53,050 nt of DNA from an uncultured Agromyces sp. (GTDB lineage Bacteria > Actinomycetota > Actinomycetes > Actinomycetales > Microbacteriaceae). The DNA is taken from positions 1 to 53,050 of the forward strand of contig CBFGWW010000001.1 of assembly GCA_965652625.1 (NCBI GenBank). The letters are read 5' to 3'. Below are positions 18,472 to 27,568 of this stretch, one piece after another. The notes beneath the pieces are model-generated. The model searched no databases. It was not told where the DNA came from and was given only the letters and a program-made list of their open reading frames with translations. A program made the translations under genes and the position numbers. Every line of letters starts with the position of its first letter. The stretch's first letter is position 1.

Positions 18472-20015
18472 CGGTCGTCGTCCTCCGTACCGGGCTCGGT
18501 GGTCCCGATCGCGTCCTCGTCCTCGGCCCAGATCCCGGCCTCGCGCTCGCGCTGCAGCTCGGCACGGGCCTCGGCCTTCGCGTCCATGCGCTCGTGGTAC
18601 TCGCTGCGGCGCTGGGCGCGCGGCGCGCGGCGGGGGGCGGCGCGGGGCACCGCGGGGGCGCGCCGCGCGGTGATGAGTTCGGCCGTCGACGTGAGCGTGG
18701 GCTCCCAGTCGAACACGACGCCCGAGCCGGGGCCGATCACGACGGTCGAGCCGGCGACCGCGCCGGCGCGCACGAGTTCGTCTTCGACGCCCAGGCGGGC
18801 CAGGCGGTCGGCGAGGTAGCCGACGGCCTCGTCGTTGGTGAAGTCGGTCTGCGCGACCCAGCGCTCGGGCTTCGCGCCCAGCACGCGGTAGATGGTGCCG
18901 TAGCTGCCGCCCTCGGGGCGCACGACGAACCCGGCCTCGTCGACGGCCTTCGGCCGCATCACGATGCGCTCGGGTGCGGGCGCCGCGGCGGCGGCCGCAC
19001 GGGCTTCGTCGACGAGCTCGCCGAGCGCGTAGCCGAGCTGGCGGAGGCCCTCGTGGCTCACGGTCGAGATCTCGAACACGCGGTAGCCGCGCGCCTCGAA
19101 CTCGGGACGCACGAAGTCGGCCAGCTCGCGGGCCTCGGGCACGTCGACCTTGTTCAGCGCGATGAGCTGCGGGCGGTCGAGCAGGGGCACCTGGCCCTCG
19201 GGCACGGGATAGGCGGCGAGCTCGGCGAGGATCACGTCGAGGTCGCTGACGGGGTCGCGACCGGGCTCGAGGGTCGCGCAGTCGATGACGTGCAGGAGCG
19301 CGGAGCATCGCTCGACGTGGCGGAGGAACTCGAGGCCGAGGCCCTTGCCCTCACTCGCGCCCTCGATGAGGCCGGGCACGTCGGCCACGGTGTAACGGTG
19401 ATCGCCCGCCTGCACGACGCCGAGGTTCGGATGCAGCGTGGTGAACGGGTAGTCCGCGATCTTCGGCCGTGCGGCCGAGAGTGCGGCGATGAGGCTCGAC
19501 TTGCCCGCCGACGGGAAGCCGACGAGCGCGACATCCGCGATGGTCTTGAGCTCGAGGGCGACCTCGCCCTCGTAGCCGGGCGTGCCGAGCAGCGCGAAGC
19601 CGGGCGCCTTGCGCTTCGTGCTCGCGAGTGCCGCGTTGCCGAGGCCGCCGAGGCCGCCCGGTGCGACCACGAAGCGCAGGCCGGGCTGGTCGAGGTCGGC
19701 GAGCTCGACGCCCTCCTCGTCCTTCACGACCGTGCCGACGGGCACGGGGAGTTCGAGCGTCTCGCCTGCGGCGCCCGAGCGGTTGTCGCCCATGCCGGGC
19801 TGGCCGTTCTCGGATGAGCGGTGCGGCCGCCCGTGGTACGCCAGCAGGGTCGTGACCTGCGGGTCGGCGACGAGCACGATGTCGCCGCCGTGGCCGCCGT
19901 TGCCGCCGTCGGGGCCGGCGAGCGGCTTGAACTTCTCGCGGCGCACCGACACGCAGCCGTTGCCGCCGTGGCCGGCCCGCACGAACAGCGTCACGCGGTC
20001 GACGAAGCTGACCAT
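18468..20015 (-). CDS. obgE: GTPase ObgE/CgtA
   Basis: [37 protein letters not shown]. Confidence 0.97.
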   Translation of the reverse strand: MVSFVDRVTLFVRAGHGGNGCVSVRREKFKPLAGPDGGNGGHGGDIVLVADPQVTTLLAYHGRPHRSSENGQPGMGDNRSGAAGETLELPVPVGTVVKDEEGVELADLDQPGLRFVVAPGGLGGLGNAALASTKRKAPGFALLGTPGYEGEVALELKTIADVALVGFPSAGKSSLIAALSAARPKIADYPFTTLHPNLGVVQAGDHRYTVADVPGLIEGASEGKGLGLEFLRHVERCSALLHVIDCATLEPGRDPVSDLDVILAELAAYPVPEGQVPLLDRPQLIALNKVDVPEARELADFVRPEFEARGYRVFEISTVSHEGLRQLGYALGELVDEARAAAAAAPAPERIVMRPKAVDEAGFVVRPEGGSYGTIYRVLGAKPERWVAQTDFTNDEAVGYLADRLARLGVEDELVRAGAVAGSTVVIGPGSGVVFDWEPTLTSTAELITARRAPAVPRAAPRRAPRAQRRSEYHERMDAKAEARAELQREREAGIWAEDEDAIGTTEPGTEDDDR

Positions 20016-20045
20016 GCCGCAGCCCTCCTCCTGCTCTGGAAAATG

Positions 20046-20077
20046 CGTGAGGGCGAGCCGAAGCCCGCCCTCACACG
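20046..20077 (-). terminator. Hairpin after rpmA
   Basis: GTGAGGGCG...CGCCCTCAC followed on the minus strand by a short T run. Confidence 0.55.
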
Positions 20078-20090
20078 ACCGATCGGTCGG

Positions 20091-20348
20091 CTATTCGCCG
20101 GCCGCCACGATGTTGACGACCTTGCGGCCGCCCTTGGTGCCGAACTGCACGGCGCCGGCCTCGAGCGCGAAGAGCGTGTCGTCGCCACCGCGACCGACGC
20201 CCGCACCCGGATGGAAGTGGGTGCCGCGCTGGCGGACGAGGATCTCGCCGGCGCTGACGACCTGACCGCCGAAGCGCTTCACGCCGAGGCGCTGCGCGTT
20301 CGAGTCACGACCGTTGCGAGTCGAGCTCGCTCCCTTTTTGTGTGCCAT
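20091..20348 (-). CDS. rpmA: 50S ribosomal protein L27
   Basis: [24 protein letters not shown]. Confidence 0.99.
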   Translation of the reverse strand: MAHKKGASSTRNGRDSNAQRLGVKRFGGQVVSAGEILVRQRGTHFHPGAGVGRGGDDTLFALEAGAVQFGTKGGRKVVNIVAAGE

Positions 20349-20373
20349 GTCTGCTTCTCCTTGCGGGCCGCTG

Positions 20374-20682
20374 CTACTTGATGCCGGTGATCTTGACGCG
20401 CGTGAGCTCCTGACGGTGGCCCTGGCGCTTCTTGTAGCCGGTCTTGTTCTTGAACTTCTGGATCACGATCTTGGGACCGCGGAGGTCGTTCAGGACCTCG
20501 GCCGTGACCGTGATCTTCGCGAGCGACTTGGCGTCGGAGGTGATCTTGTCGCCGTCGACGAAGAGGACCGGCGTGAGCTGGACGTTGCCGTCCTTGTCCG
20601 CCTTGATCCGGTCCATCGTCACGATGGTGCCGACTTCGACCTTCTCCTGCCGACCGCCGGCGCGCACTACTGCGTAAACCAC
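20374..20682 (-). CDS. rplU: 50S ribosomal protein L21
   Basis: [13 protein letters not shown]...[14 protein letters not shown]. Confidence 0.99.
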   Translation of the reverse strand: MVYAVVRAGGRQEKVEVGTIVTMDRIKADKDGNVQLTPVLFVDGDKITSDAKSLAKITVTAEVLNDLRGPKIVIQKFKNKTGYKKRQGHRQELTRVKITGIK

Positions 20683-20821
20683 TACTCGTACCTATCTCTG
20701 GGGAGCCGAGGCTCCGGTGTCTGATGGGATGTCACTGCGCGGGACCCCAGCGGGATGGAGGGTCGTCACTGCCAGAAAACTGTGCGGGCACACCGGGATA
20801 AGCCGGTGGCACCAGCGGTCG

Positions 20822-20850
20822 AGTCTACCGGATGCCCCGGGGCCGGTCAA
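20822..20850 (-). promoter_or_regulatory. rplU-rpmA promoter
   Basis: TTGACC-17 nt-TAGACT; implies a ~130-nt 5' UTR. Confidence 0.65.
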
Positions 20851-20899
20851 ACGCGCGTCACCCGGCGCGTCGCGCGGACCGACGCGTAGGATCGGGCCC

Positions 20900-20926
20900 A
20901 TGACCGTGCTCATCGACACGCCGCTC
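20900..20926 (+). pseudogene. Stranded native 5' end of the DUF4031 gene (MTVLIDTPL)
   Basis: TAGGAT -10 element, 7 nt, then ATG ACC GTG CTC ATC GAC ACG CCG CTC; matches LIDTPL at 21314 and then runs into unrelated sequence and a stop at 20968. Confidence 0.75.
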
Positions 20927-21331
20927 CGGTCGGTGTATGGATCACCTAGAACGGCTCTTCACCATTAGCGATCCGACGAATCTCATCCATCCGGAGACGC
21001 CGCTCGCCGCGAGCCTTCATCTGCACGACGGAGCGTTTCGTCTGGCGGTAGACACGGACCGTCTCGACGGTTGCGAACACCGCCAGACCAAGCAGGATGA
21101 TGGCAAGAATCCACCACTCCCGAACACCTATCGCGTAGAGAACGAACGCTCCCGCGACACAGAGAGTCACTGCGAGGAGACTCGCTAGATAGCGCACTGC
21201 GCGGCGTCCCTCAGGGTGCATCCCGACATCGTACACACCTGCTCACCGCTTGGTTGTGCGCGGCGTATGGTGAAGGCCATGACGCGCGACACGCCGCGAG
21301 GGCTCACTTGATACTCATCGATACGCCGCTC
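20909..21331. mobile_element. 405-bp low-GC insertion flanked by an 18-bp direct repeat (att-like)
   Basis: CTCATCGACACGCCGCTC (20909-20926) vs CTCATCGATACGCCGCTC (21314-21331), 17/18 identical; interior 20941-21300 counted at ~61% GC vs ~72% around; no recombinase gene inside. Confidence 0.65.
20946..21221 (-). CDS. Small hypothetical two-TM membrane protein (insertion cargo)
   Basis: TACGAT -10 element 6 nt before ATG (leaderless); MHPEGRRAVRYLASLLAVTLCVAGAFVLYAIG..WWILAIILLGLAVFATVE..NGEEPF; atypical codons. Confidence 0.65.
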   Translation of the reverse strand: MHPEGRRAVRYLASLLAVTLCVAGAFVLYAIGVREWWILAIILLGLAVFATVETVRVYRQTKRSVVQMKARGERRLRMDEIRRIANGEEPF

Positions 21332-21601
21332 TGGCCGAAGCACGGCACGGTCTGGGCTCACCTCATAAGCGACCGCTCGGTCGCCGAGCTGCGCGCCTTC
21401 GCCGAGCGCAACGGCGTGCCGGCGCGCGCCTTCGACCTCGACCACTACGACGTCCCGGTGGAGCGGTGGGACGAGCTCGTGGCCGCGGGCGCCGAACCCG
21501 TCTCGCCGCGCGAGCTCGTGCGCCGGCTGGCGGCGAGCGGACTGCGGGTCACGCCGCGCGAGCGGCACGGACGGGGCGGGCCCGAGCGGCACCAGGGCTG
21601 A
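21308..21601 (+). CDS. DUF4031 domain protein (replacement TTG start)
   Basis: LIDTPLWPKHGTVWAHLISDRSVAELRAFA..RAFDLDHYDVP..AAGAEPVS; start codon uncertain. Confidence 0.8.
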   Translation: MILIDTPLWPKHGTVWAHLISDRSVAELRAFAERNGVPARAFDLDHYDVPVERWDELVAAGAEPVSPRELVRRLAASGLRVTPRERHGRGGPERHQG

Positions 21602-21639
21602 CGGCGCCAGCGCCGCAGCCTGGACCGCCCGGGTCGGGC

Positions 21640-24378
21640 CTACTCCTGGTGCTCCCCCGCGGTCGTGCCGTCGGCGCGCGTGATCACGGGCGGACCGCCC
21701 GCGGTGCTGAGCGCCGCCGTCGAGACGCGTCGGCTGCGGGATCGTCCCTCGCCGGCCTTCTTCGGGGCGGGCAGCGCGTCGAGCACGGAGTCGAGGAGCA
21801 CTTCGGCGTCGGCGGCCCGCACGGTGCGACGGCGCTCGGCCGGCGCGGCGGGCGGGAGGTCGAGGTCGACGCGAGGCGACTCGGACGCCGCGGCGGGCTC
21901 GGCAGCAGGCGCGGACTCGCGTGCGGCCCGCTCGGGCGCGCCGGACTCGGCCCGCGCCGGTGCAGCGGTCGCCGAGACCTCGGCGGGACCCTGCTCCTGC
22001 GACACGCGGCGGTGACGTCCGCGACGGCGTCCGCCCGAGGACGGCTGTGACTCGCGTCCGCTCGGGGAGACCTCGGCTGCCGCCGGGGCGGACTCGGTCG
22101 TCGCGGCGGCGACCTCGGACTCGCGGGCCGACTCGGCTGCCGGTGACGCGGCCTCGCCGCCCGAGGCGGCGGGCGCGGCATCCGTCGACGGCCTGTGGTC
22201 GGCGTGCGGGATGGTCGACGCGGCGATCTGGGCGAGGGCGTGCTTCACGTCCTCGGTGATCGCGTGCGTGCCCGTGTGCGCCTTGGCCTCGGCGGGCTGC
22301 TGCTGCGGCTGGCTGCCACCGCCGCTGCCGCGACCCCGGCGGCGCTCGACCTGCTGCTGCGGCGCGCGGTGCTTCATGATCGGCTCGTGGTGCACGATGA
22401 TGCCGCGCCCCGCGCAGACCTCGCAGGGCTCGCTGAACGACTCGAGGAGGCCGAGGCCGAGCTTCTTGCGCGTCATCTGCACGAGGCCGAGCGAGGTGAC
22501 CTCGGCGACCTGGTGCTTCGTGCGGTCGCGGGAGAGGCACTCGACGAGGCGCCGCAGCACGAGGTCGCGGTTGGACTCGAGCACCATGTCGATGAAGTCG
22601 ACGACGATGATGCCGCCGATGTCGCGGAGCCGGAGCTGCCGCACGATCTCCTCAGCCGCCTCGAGGTTGTTCTTGGTGACGGTCTCCTCGAGGTTGCCGC
22701 CCGAGCCGACGAACTTGCCGGTGTTCACGTCGACGACCGTCATCGCCTCGGTGCGGTCGATGATGAGCGACCCGCCCGACGGCAGCCAGACCTTGCGGTC
22801 GAGGGCCTTCTCGATCTGCTCGGTGATGCGGAACTCGTCGAACGCGTCGCGCTCACCCGTGTACGCCTCGACGCGCTCGAGCAGGTCGGGCGCCACGGCG
22901 CGCAGGTACCGCTCGATCGTCTCGCGCGCGTCGTCGCCCGAGATGATCATCTTCTGGAAGTCCTCGTTGAAGACGTCGCGGACGATCTTGATCAGCAGAT
23001 CGGGCTCGGAGTGCAGCAGCGCGGGCGCCTGCACCTTCTCGAGCTGCGTCGAGATGTCGGCCCACTGCGCGATGAGGCGGTTCACGTCGAGCGTGAGCTG
23101 CTCCTCGGTGGCGCCCTCGGCGGCGGTGCGCACGATGACGCCGACGTTGTCGGGCAGCACCTCCTTGAGGATCTTCTTGAGGCGCGCGCGCTCGGTGTCG
23201 GGCAGCTTGCGGCTGATGCCGTTCATCGAGCCGTTCGGCACGTACACGAGGTAGCGGCCGGGCAGCGAGACCTGGCTGGTGAGGCGGGCTCCCTTGTGGC
23301 CCACCGGGTCCTTCGTGACCTGCACGAGCACCCGGTCGCCCGGCTTGAGGGCGAGCTCGATGCGGCGGGGCTGGTTCTTCTCGCCGTTCTCGGCCGCGGC
23401 GTCCCAGTCGACCTCGCCCGAGTAGAGCACCGCGTTGCGGCCCCGGCCGATGTCCACGAACGCGGCCTCCATGCTCGGCAGCACGTTCTGCACGCGGCCG
23501 AGGTAGACGTTGCCGATGAGCGACGCGTCCTGGTTGCGGGCGACGTAGTGCTCGACGAGCACGCCGTCCTCCATGACGCCGATCTGCACGCGGCCGTCCT
23601 TGGCGCGCACGACCATCTGGCGGTCGACCGACTCGCGGCGCGCGAGGAACTCGGCCTCGGTGATGACCGCGCGGCGACGCCCGGCGTCGCGGCCGTCGCG
23701 GCGACGCTGCTTCTTCGCCTCGAGACGGGTCGAGCCCTTGACCTTCTGCGGCTCGGTGATGAGCTCGGGCTCGCGGGGCTTGCGGACCTTGACGACCGTG
23801 TTCGCGGGCTCGTCGCCTGACGGGCGACCCTCCTCGCCGCTGCGGCGGCGCGTGCGACGGCGCACGCTCGAGGACTCCTCGGCAGCGCCGGCACCGCCGC
23901 GGTCGCCACGCTCGGGCCGTTCGGGTCGCTCGGCGGGAACGAGCACGGGCGGCGCGTGGAAGATGAGCGAGGTCGTCGTCAGCGTCGCGGGGATCGGCGA
24001 GACGGGCTCGGGCGCCGACTCGGGCTCGGCGTCGGCCTCGGCGGCCGTCTCCTCCGCCTCGGGGGCGTCGGCGGCGTCGTCCGCGTCGTCGGCCTCGTCG
24101 GTGCTCGCCTCGGCCTCGTCGGTCGCGCCGGCGGCCGGCGCCTTCTCGACCTCGTCGGATGCCGCGACGGCGAGCTCGTCGACCGAGCGCGCCTCAGCGG
24201 CATCCGATTCGGTCGCTGCCGTCGACGTCTCGTCGACCGTGGACTCGCCGTTCAGCGCGGTGCGCTCGGACGGCCGACCCCGACCGTTGCGTCGGGCCCC
24301 GAACAGGCCGCCGCGTCGCTTCGGCGTGCCGCTGCCGGAATCGGGTTCGTTCGTGTGGTTGTCGTTGCCTTCCACCAT
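21640..24378 (-). CDS. rne: Ribonuclease E/G
   Basis: GNVYLGRVQNVLPSMEAAFVDIG (S1 domain), VDVNTGK, DIGGIIVVDFIDM, CEVC zinc link; AGGAG RBS. Confidence 0.96.
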   Translation of the reverse strand: MVEGNDNHTNEPDSGSGTPKRRGGLFGARRNGRGRPSERTALNGESTVDETSTAATESDAAEARSVDELAVAASDEVEKAPAAGATDEAEASTDEADDADDAADAPEAEETAAEADAEPESAPEPVSPIPATLTTTSLIFHAPPVLVPAERPERPERGDRGGAGAAEESSSVRRRTRRRSGEEGRPSGDEPANTVVKVRKPREPELITEPQKVKGSTRLEAKKQRRRDGRDAGRRRAVITEAEFLARRESVDRQMVVRAKDGRVQIGVMEDGVLVEHYVARNQDASLIGNVYLGRVQNVLPSMEAAFVDIGRGRNAVLYSGEVDWDAAAENGEKNQPRRIELALKPGDRVLVQVTKDPVGHKGARLTSQVSLPGRYLVYVPNGSMNGISRKLPDTERARLKKILKEVLPDNVGVIVRTAAEGATEEQLTLDVNRLIAQWADISTQLEKVQAPALLHSEPDLLIKIVRDVFNEDFQKMIISGDDARETIERYLRAVAPDLLERVEAYTGERDAFDEFRITEQIEKALDRKVWLPSGGSLIIDRTEAMTVVDVNTGKFVGSGGNLEETVTKNNLEAAEEIVRQLRLRDIGGIIVVDFIDMVLESNRDLVLRRLVECLSRDRTKHQVAEVTSLGLVQMTRKKLGLGLLESFSEPCEVCAGRGIIVHHEPIMKHRAPQQQVERRRGRGSGGGSQPQQQPAEAKAHTGTHAITEDVKHALAQIAASTIPHADHRPSTDAAPAASGGEAASPAAESARESEVAAATTESAPAAAEVSPSGRESQPSSGGRRRGRHRRVSQEQGPAEVSATAAPARAESGAPERAARESAPAAEPAAASESPRVDLDLPPAAPAERRRTVRAADAEVLLDSVLDALPAPKKAGEGRSRSRRVSTAALSTAGGPPVITRADGTTAGEHQE

Positions 24379-24656
24379 CTCTGGTGCACTCCTACGACGG
24401 TGTGGACGGCCGCGCCATCCGCTCCGTTCTCGTCTCGAGCGGTCTCGCGCCCTGCGCGGAACCGCCAATCCTTCTCACTGCTGCGACCGGCTGGGTGCCT
24501 GTGTCGCCACGTCTCGCGGTGCGTCTCACCGCCTACTCGGATGCGGTGCATCCTCAAAGCCTTCGTCTGCGTCGCGCCGGGCGCGGCCCGTGCGACTCCT
24601 TCGATTATCGCACGCTCTCACAGGGTCGTGTGGAACCGGCATGCCACAATACGAAC

Positions 24657-25283
24657 ATGCCGGACACTCCCCCGCGGTCCCGACCCGTCGCGGTCGCCGT
24701 GTTCCTCGTGATCGCCGGGGCGTTGGGCCTGCTCGCCGCGTTCGAGCTGTCGGTCGAGAAGGTCCTCGTGCTGGCCGATCCCGAGCATGTCCCGAACTGC
24801 AACGTCGGAGTGCTCGTGGGCTGCAGCACCAACCTCGCATCGTGGCAGGGCTCGGTGTTCGGCTTCCCGAATCCGTTCATCGGCATGATGGCCTGGCCCG
24901 TCGTCATCACGATCGCGGTCGCGATCCTCGCCGGGGCGCAGTTCGCCCGATGGTTCTGGATCGGATTGAACGTGGGCGTCGCCGGGGCGCTGGTCTTCGT
25001 GGGCTGGCTCATCTACCAGAGCATCTACGTGCTCGACGTGCTGTGCCCGTGGTGCATGCTCACGTGGGCGGTGACCATCCCGACCTTCTGGGTGGTGACC
25101 CTGCACAACCTGCGCGAGGGTCGTATTCCCGCGTCGGCACCCGTCCGGCGGTTCGCGGCCGAGCTGTTCAAGTGGATCCCGCTCATCACGGTCGTCTGCT
25201 ACGCGATCGTCATCGTGCTCGCGCAGGCGCAGATGAACGCCATCCCGCGGGTGATGATCGACCTGCAGAACCTCTTCGGCTAG
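24657..25283 (+). CDS. Vitamin K epoxide reductase family protein (DsbB substitute)
   Basis: Loop cysteines NCNV..GCS, FGFPNPFIG, CPWC redox motif, multiple TM helices. Confidence 0.93.
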   Translation: MPDTPPRSRPVAVAVFLVIAGALGLLAAFELSVEKVLVLADPEHVPNCNVGVLVGCSTNLASWQGSVFGFPNPFIGMMAWPVVITIAVAILAGAQFARWFWIGLNVGVAGALVFVGWLIYQSIYVLDVLCPWCMLTWAVTIPTFWVVTLHNLREGRIPASAPVRRFAAELFKWIPLITVVCYAIVIVLAQAQMNAIPRVMIDLQNLFG

Positions 25284-25331
25284 GCCCCCGGGTCTTCCCC
25301 ACTCCGCGACTGCGCCTGCCCCGACGACGCG

Positions 25332-25360
25332 CGCGCCGGCCGGGCGACCCGGCCGGCGCG
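25332..25360. terminator. Hairpin between convergent VKOR and ndk
   Basis: CGCGCCGGCCGGG-cga-CCCGGCCGGCGCG, 13-bp perfect stem. Confidence 0.65.
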
Positions 25361-25368
25361 GCATCCGA

Positions 25369-25791
25369 TCAGGCGAACCAGAGGGCGAGCTCGCGCTCGG
25401 CCGACTCCACCGAGTCGGAGCCGTGCACGAGGTTCTGCTGCACCCGGAGGCCCCAGTCGCGGCCGAAGTCGCCCCGGATCGAGCCGGGCGCCGCGGTCGT
25501 GGGGTCGGTGGTGCCGCCGAGGATGCGGAAGCCCTCGATGACGCGGTTGCCGGCGACGCGCATGGCGACGACGGGGCCCGACTGCATGAACTCCAGCAGC
25601 GGCTCGTAGAACGGCTTGCCCTCGTGCTCGGCGTAGTGCTGCGCGAGCAGGTCGCGGTCGGGCTGCAGCATGCGGATGTCGACGAGGGAATAGCCCTTCG
25701 CCTCGATGCGGCGCAGGATCTCGCCGGTCAGGTTGCGCGCGACGCCGTCGGGCTTCACGAGCACGAGGGTCTCCTCGATGGGGGTCGTCAT
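25369..25791 (-). CDS. ndk: Nucleoside-diphosphate kinase
   Basis: TLVLVKPDGV, PGSIRGDF, NLVHGSDS. Confidence 0.98.
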   Translation of the reverse strand: MTTPIEETLVLVKPDGVARNLTGEILRRIEAKGYSLVDIRMLQPDRDLLAQHYAEHEGKPFYEPLLEFMQSGPVVAMRVAGNRVIEGFRILGGTTDPTTAAPGSIRGDFGRDWGLRVQQNLVHGSDSVESAERELALWFA

Positions 25792-26195
25792 TCCTGTTCC
25801 TTCCCCGGATCGGCGGATGCCGTCCGTTCACGGTCGATCCGTGCACCGACGACCACGCAGTACGCCCACAGGCCGCCGAAGATGGCGCCGACGAAGAACA
25901 TCGCCGGATTGAGGAGGCCCGACGCGAGGATGAGCCCCTGGATGGCCCATCCGACGCCGTAGCCCCACCGGAACCGCAGGAGTCCGATGGTGGCCACGAG
26001 GCCGAGGATCACGACGCCGCCGGCCGCCAGCGCGATCCACGGCGGCAGGTCGAACGTGCCGTTCTCGGTGGGCGCGAGGCCCCAGATCACGAGCGCGGCG
26101 AGGAAGACGACGATGATCTCGAACGCGAGCACGATGGAGGCGAGGGTGCGCTGCACCGAGCGCGGCGCGGCGGCCGCGGACTCGCCGCCGCTCAC
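25788..26195 (-). CDS. DUF4233-like membrane protein
   Basis: Four hydrophobic segments; sits between folC and ndk with 4-nt overlaps on both sides. Confidence 0.8.
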   Translation of the reverse strand: MSGGESAAAAPRSVQRTLASIVLAFEIIVVFLAALVIWGLAPTENGTFDLPPWIALAAGGVVILGLVATIGLLRFRWGYGVGWAIQGLILASGLLNPAMFFVGAIFGGLWAYCVVVGARIDRERTASADPGKEQE

Positions 26196-27568
26196 GCGCG
26201 ACCCCAGCCGCGGTCGGCGGCGATCTCCATCGCCTCGGCGACGAGGCCGATCGAACCGGTCACGACCACGGCGCGCTTCGGCGCCTCGTTCGCCCATTCG
26301 CGCGCCTCGTCGAGGGCGTCGTCGAGCCGCTCGACGACCTGCACGCGCTCGGGCCCGATACGGGCGGCGACCGACGCGGCCACCTCGCCGGCGTCGCGGG
26401 CGCGCTCCGAGTCGGGGCGCGTCACGAGGAACGCGCCGCCCGTGCGGGCGAGCACCGAGGCGATGCCGTCGGCGTCCTTGTCGGCGAGCACGCCGAACAC
26501 GAACACGACCTCGTCGAAGTCGAAGTACTCCTCGAGCGCCGACACGAGCGCGGCTGCGCCGTGCGGATTGTGCGCCGCGTCGACGATGACCGTCGGCTCG
26601 GTGCCGATCGTCTGCAGGCGTCCGGGCGACGTGGCGGTGGCGAGGCCGTCGACGACCTCGTCGGCGAGGCGCACGGCGCCACCGCCGATGAACGCCTCGA
26701 CCGCCGCGATCGCCACGGCGGCGTTCTCGGCCTGGTGCCGGCCGAACAGCGGCAGCGCGATGTCGCGGTACTCCCCCGCGAGTCCGCGGATGGACACCAG
26801 CTGTCCGCCGACGGCCACGCGCGACTCGAGCACGTCGAAGGCGTCGCCCTCGACCGCGAGCGTCGACTCGGTGAGGTCGGCCGCGTCCTCGAGCACCTCG
26901 AGCGCCGCGTCGGGCTGGCGCGCGCTGACGACGGATGCTGCGGGCTTGATGATGCCCGACTTCGTACGCGCGATCTCGGTGATCGTCGAGCCGAGGCGTG
27001 ACTGGTGGTCGAGGTCGATCGGCGTGAACACGGCGACCTGCCCGTCGGCCACGTTCGTGGAGTCCCACTCGCCGCCCATGCCCACCTCGAGCACGACGAC
27101 GTCGACGGGGGCATCGGCGAAGCATGCGAAGGCGAGCACCGTGAGCACCTCGAAGAAGGTCAGCGGCTCCTCGCCGGCACCCTCGAGCTCGGCGTCGACG
27201 ATCGCGATGAACGGGAGGATCTCCTCCCAGTTGCGGGCGACGGCCTCGTCGGCGATGGGCTCGCCGTCGATGCGGATGCGCTCGGTGAACCGCTCGAGGT
27301 GCGGGCTCGTGAGCAAGCCGGTGCGGAGGCCCGAGGCGCGCAGCAGGCTCTCGATCATGCGGCTCGTCGAGGTCTTGCCGTTCGTGCCGGTGATGTGGAT
27401 GACGGGCGCGGCGCGGTGCGGGTCGCCGAGCAGCTCGACGGCCCGGCGCGTCGGCGCCAGGCGCGGCCGCGGCGATCCCTCGCCGACGCGGGCGATGAGC
27501 GCGGCGTACACCGCGTCGGCCGCGTCGCGCGCCTCGGCGCCCTCGAAGTCGTCGGATGCGTCGGTCAC
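26192..27568 (-). CDS. folC: Folylpolyglutamate/dihydrofolate synthase
   Basis: [36 protein letters not shown]. Confidence 0.96.
   Translation of the reverse strand: MTDASDDFEGAEARDAADAVYAALIARVGEGSPRPRLAPTRRAVELLGDPHRAAPVIHITGTNGKTSTSRMIESLLRASGLRTGLLTSPHLERFTERIRIDGEPIADEAVARNWEEILPFIAIVDAELEGAGEEPLTFFEVLTVLAFACFADAPVDVVVLEVGMGGEWDSTNVADGQVAVFTPIDLDHQSRLGSTITEIARTKSGIIKPAASVVSARQPDAALEVLEDAADLTESTLAVEGDAFDVLESRVAVGGQLVSIRGLAGEYRDIALPLFGRHQAENAAVAIAAVEAFIGGGAVRLADEVVDGLATATSPGRLQTIGTEPTVIVDAAHNPHGAAALVSALEEYFDFDEVVFVFGVLADKDADGIASVLARTGGAFLVTRPDSERARDAGEVAASVAARIGPERVQVVERLDDALDEAREWANEAPKRAVVVTGSIGLVAEAMEIAADRGWGRA

Noticed and set aside
20937-21188. 83-aa plus-strand ORF inside the low-GC cassette
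   Set aside because: It is antisense to the better-supported two-TM ORF that has a properly spaced -10, and it has no recognisable features
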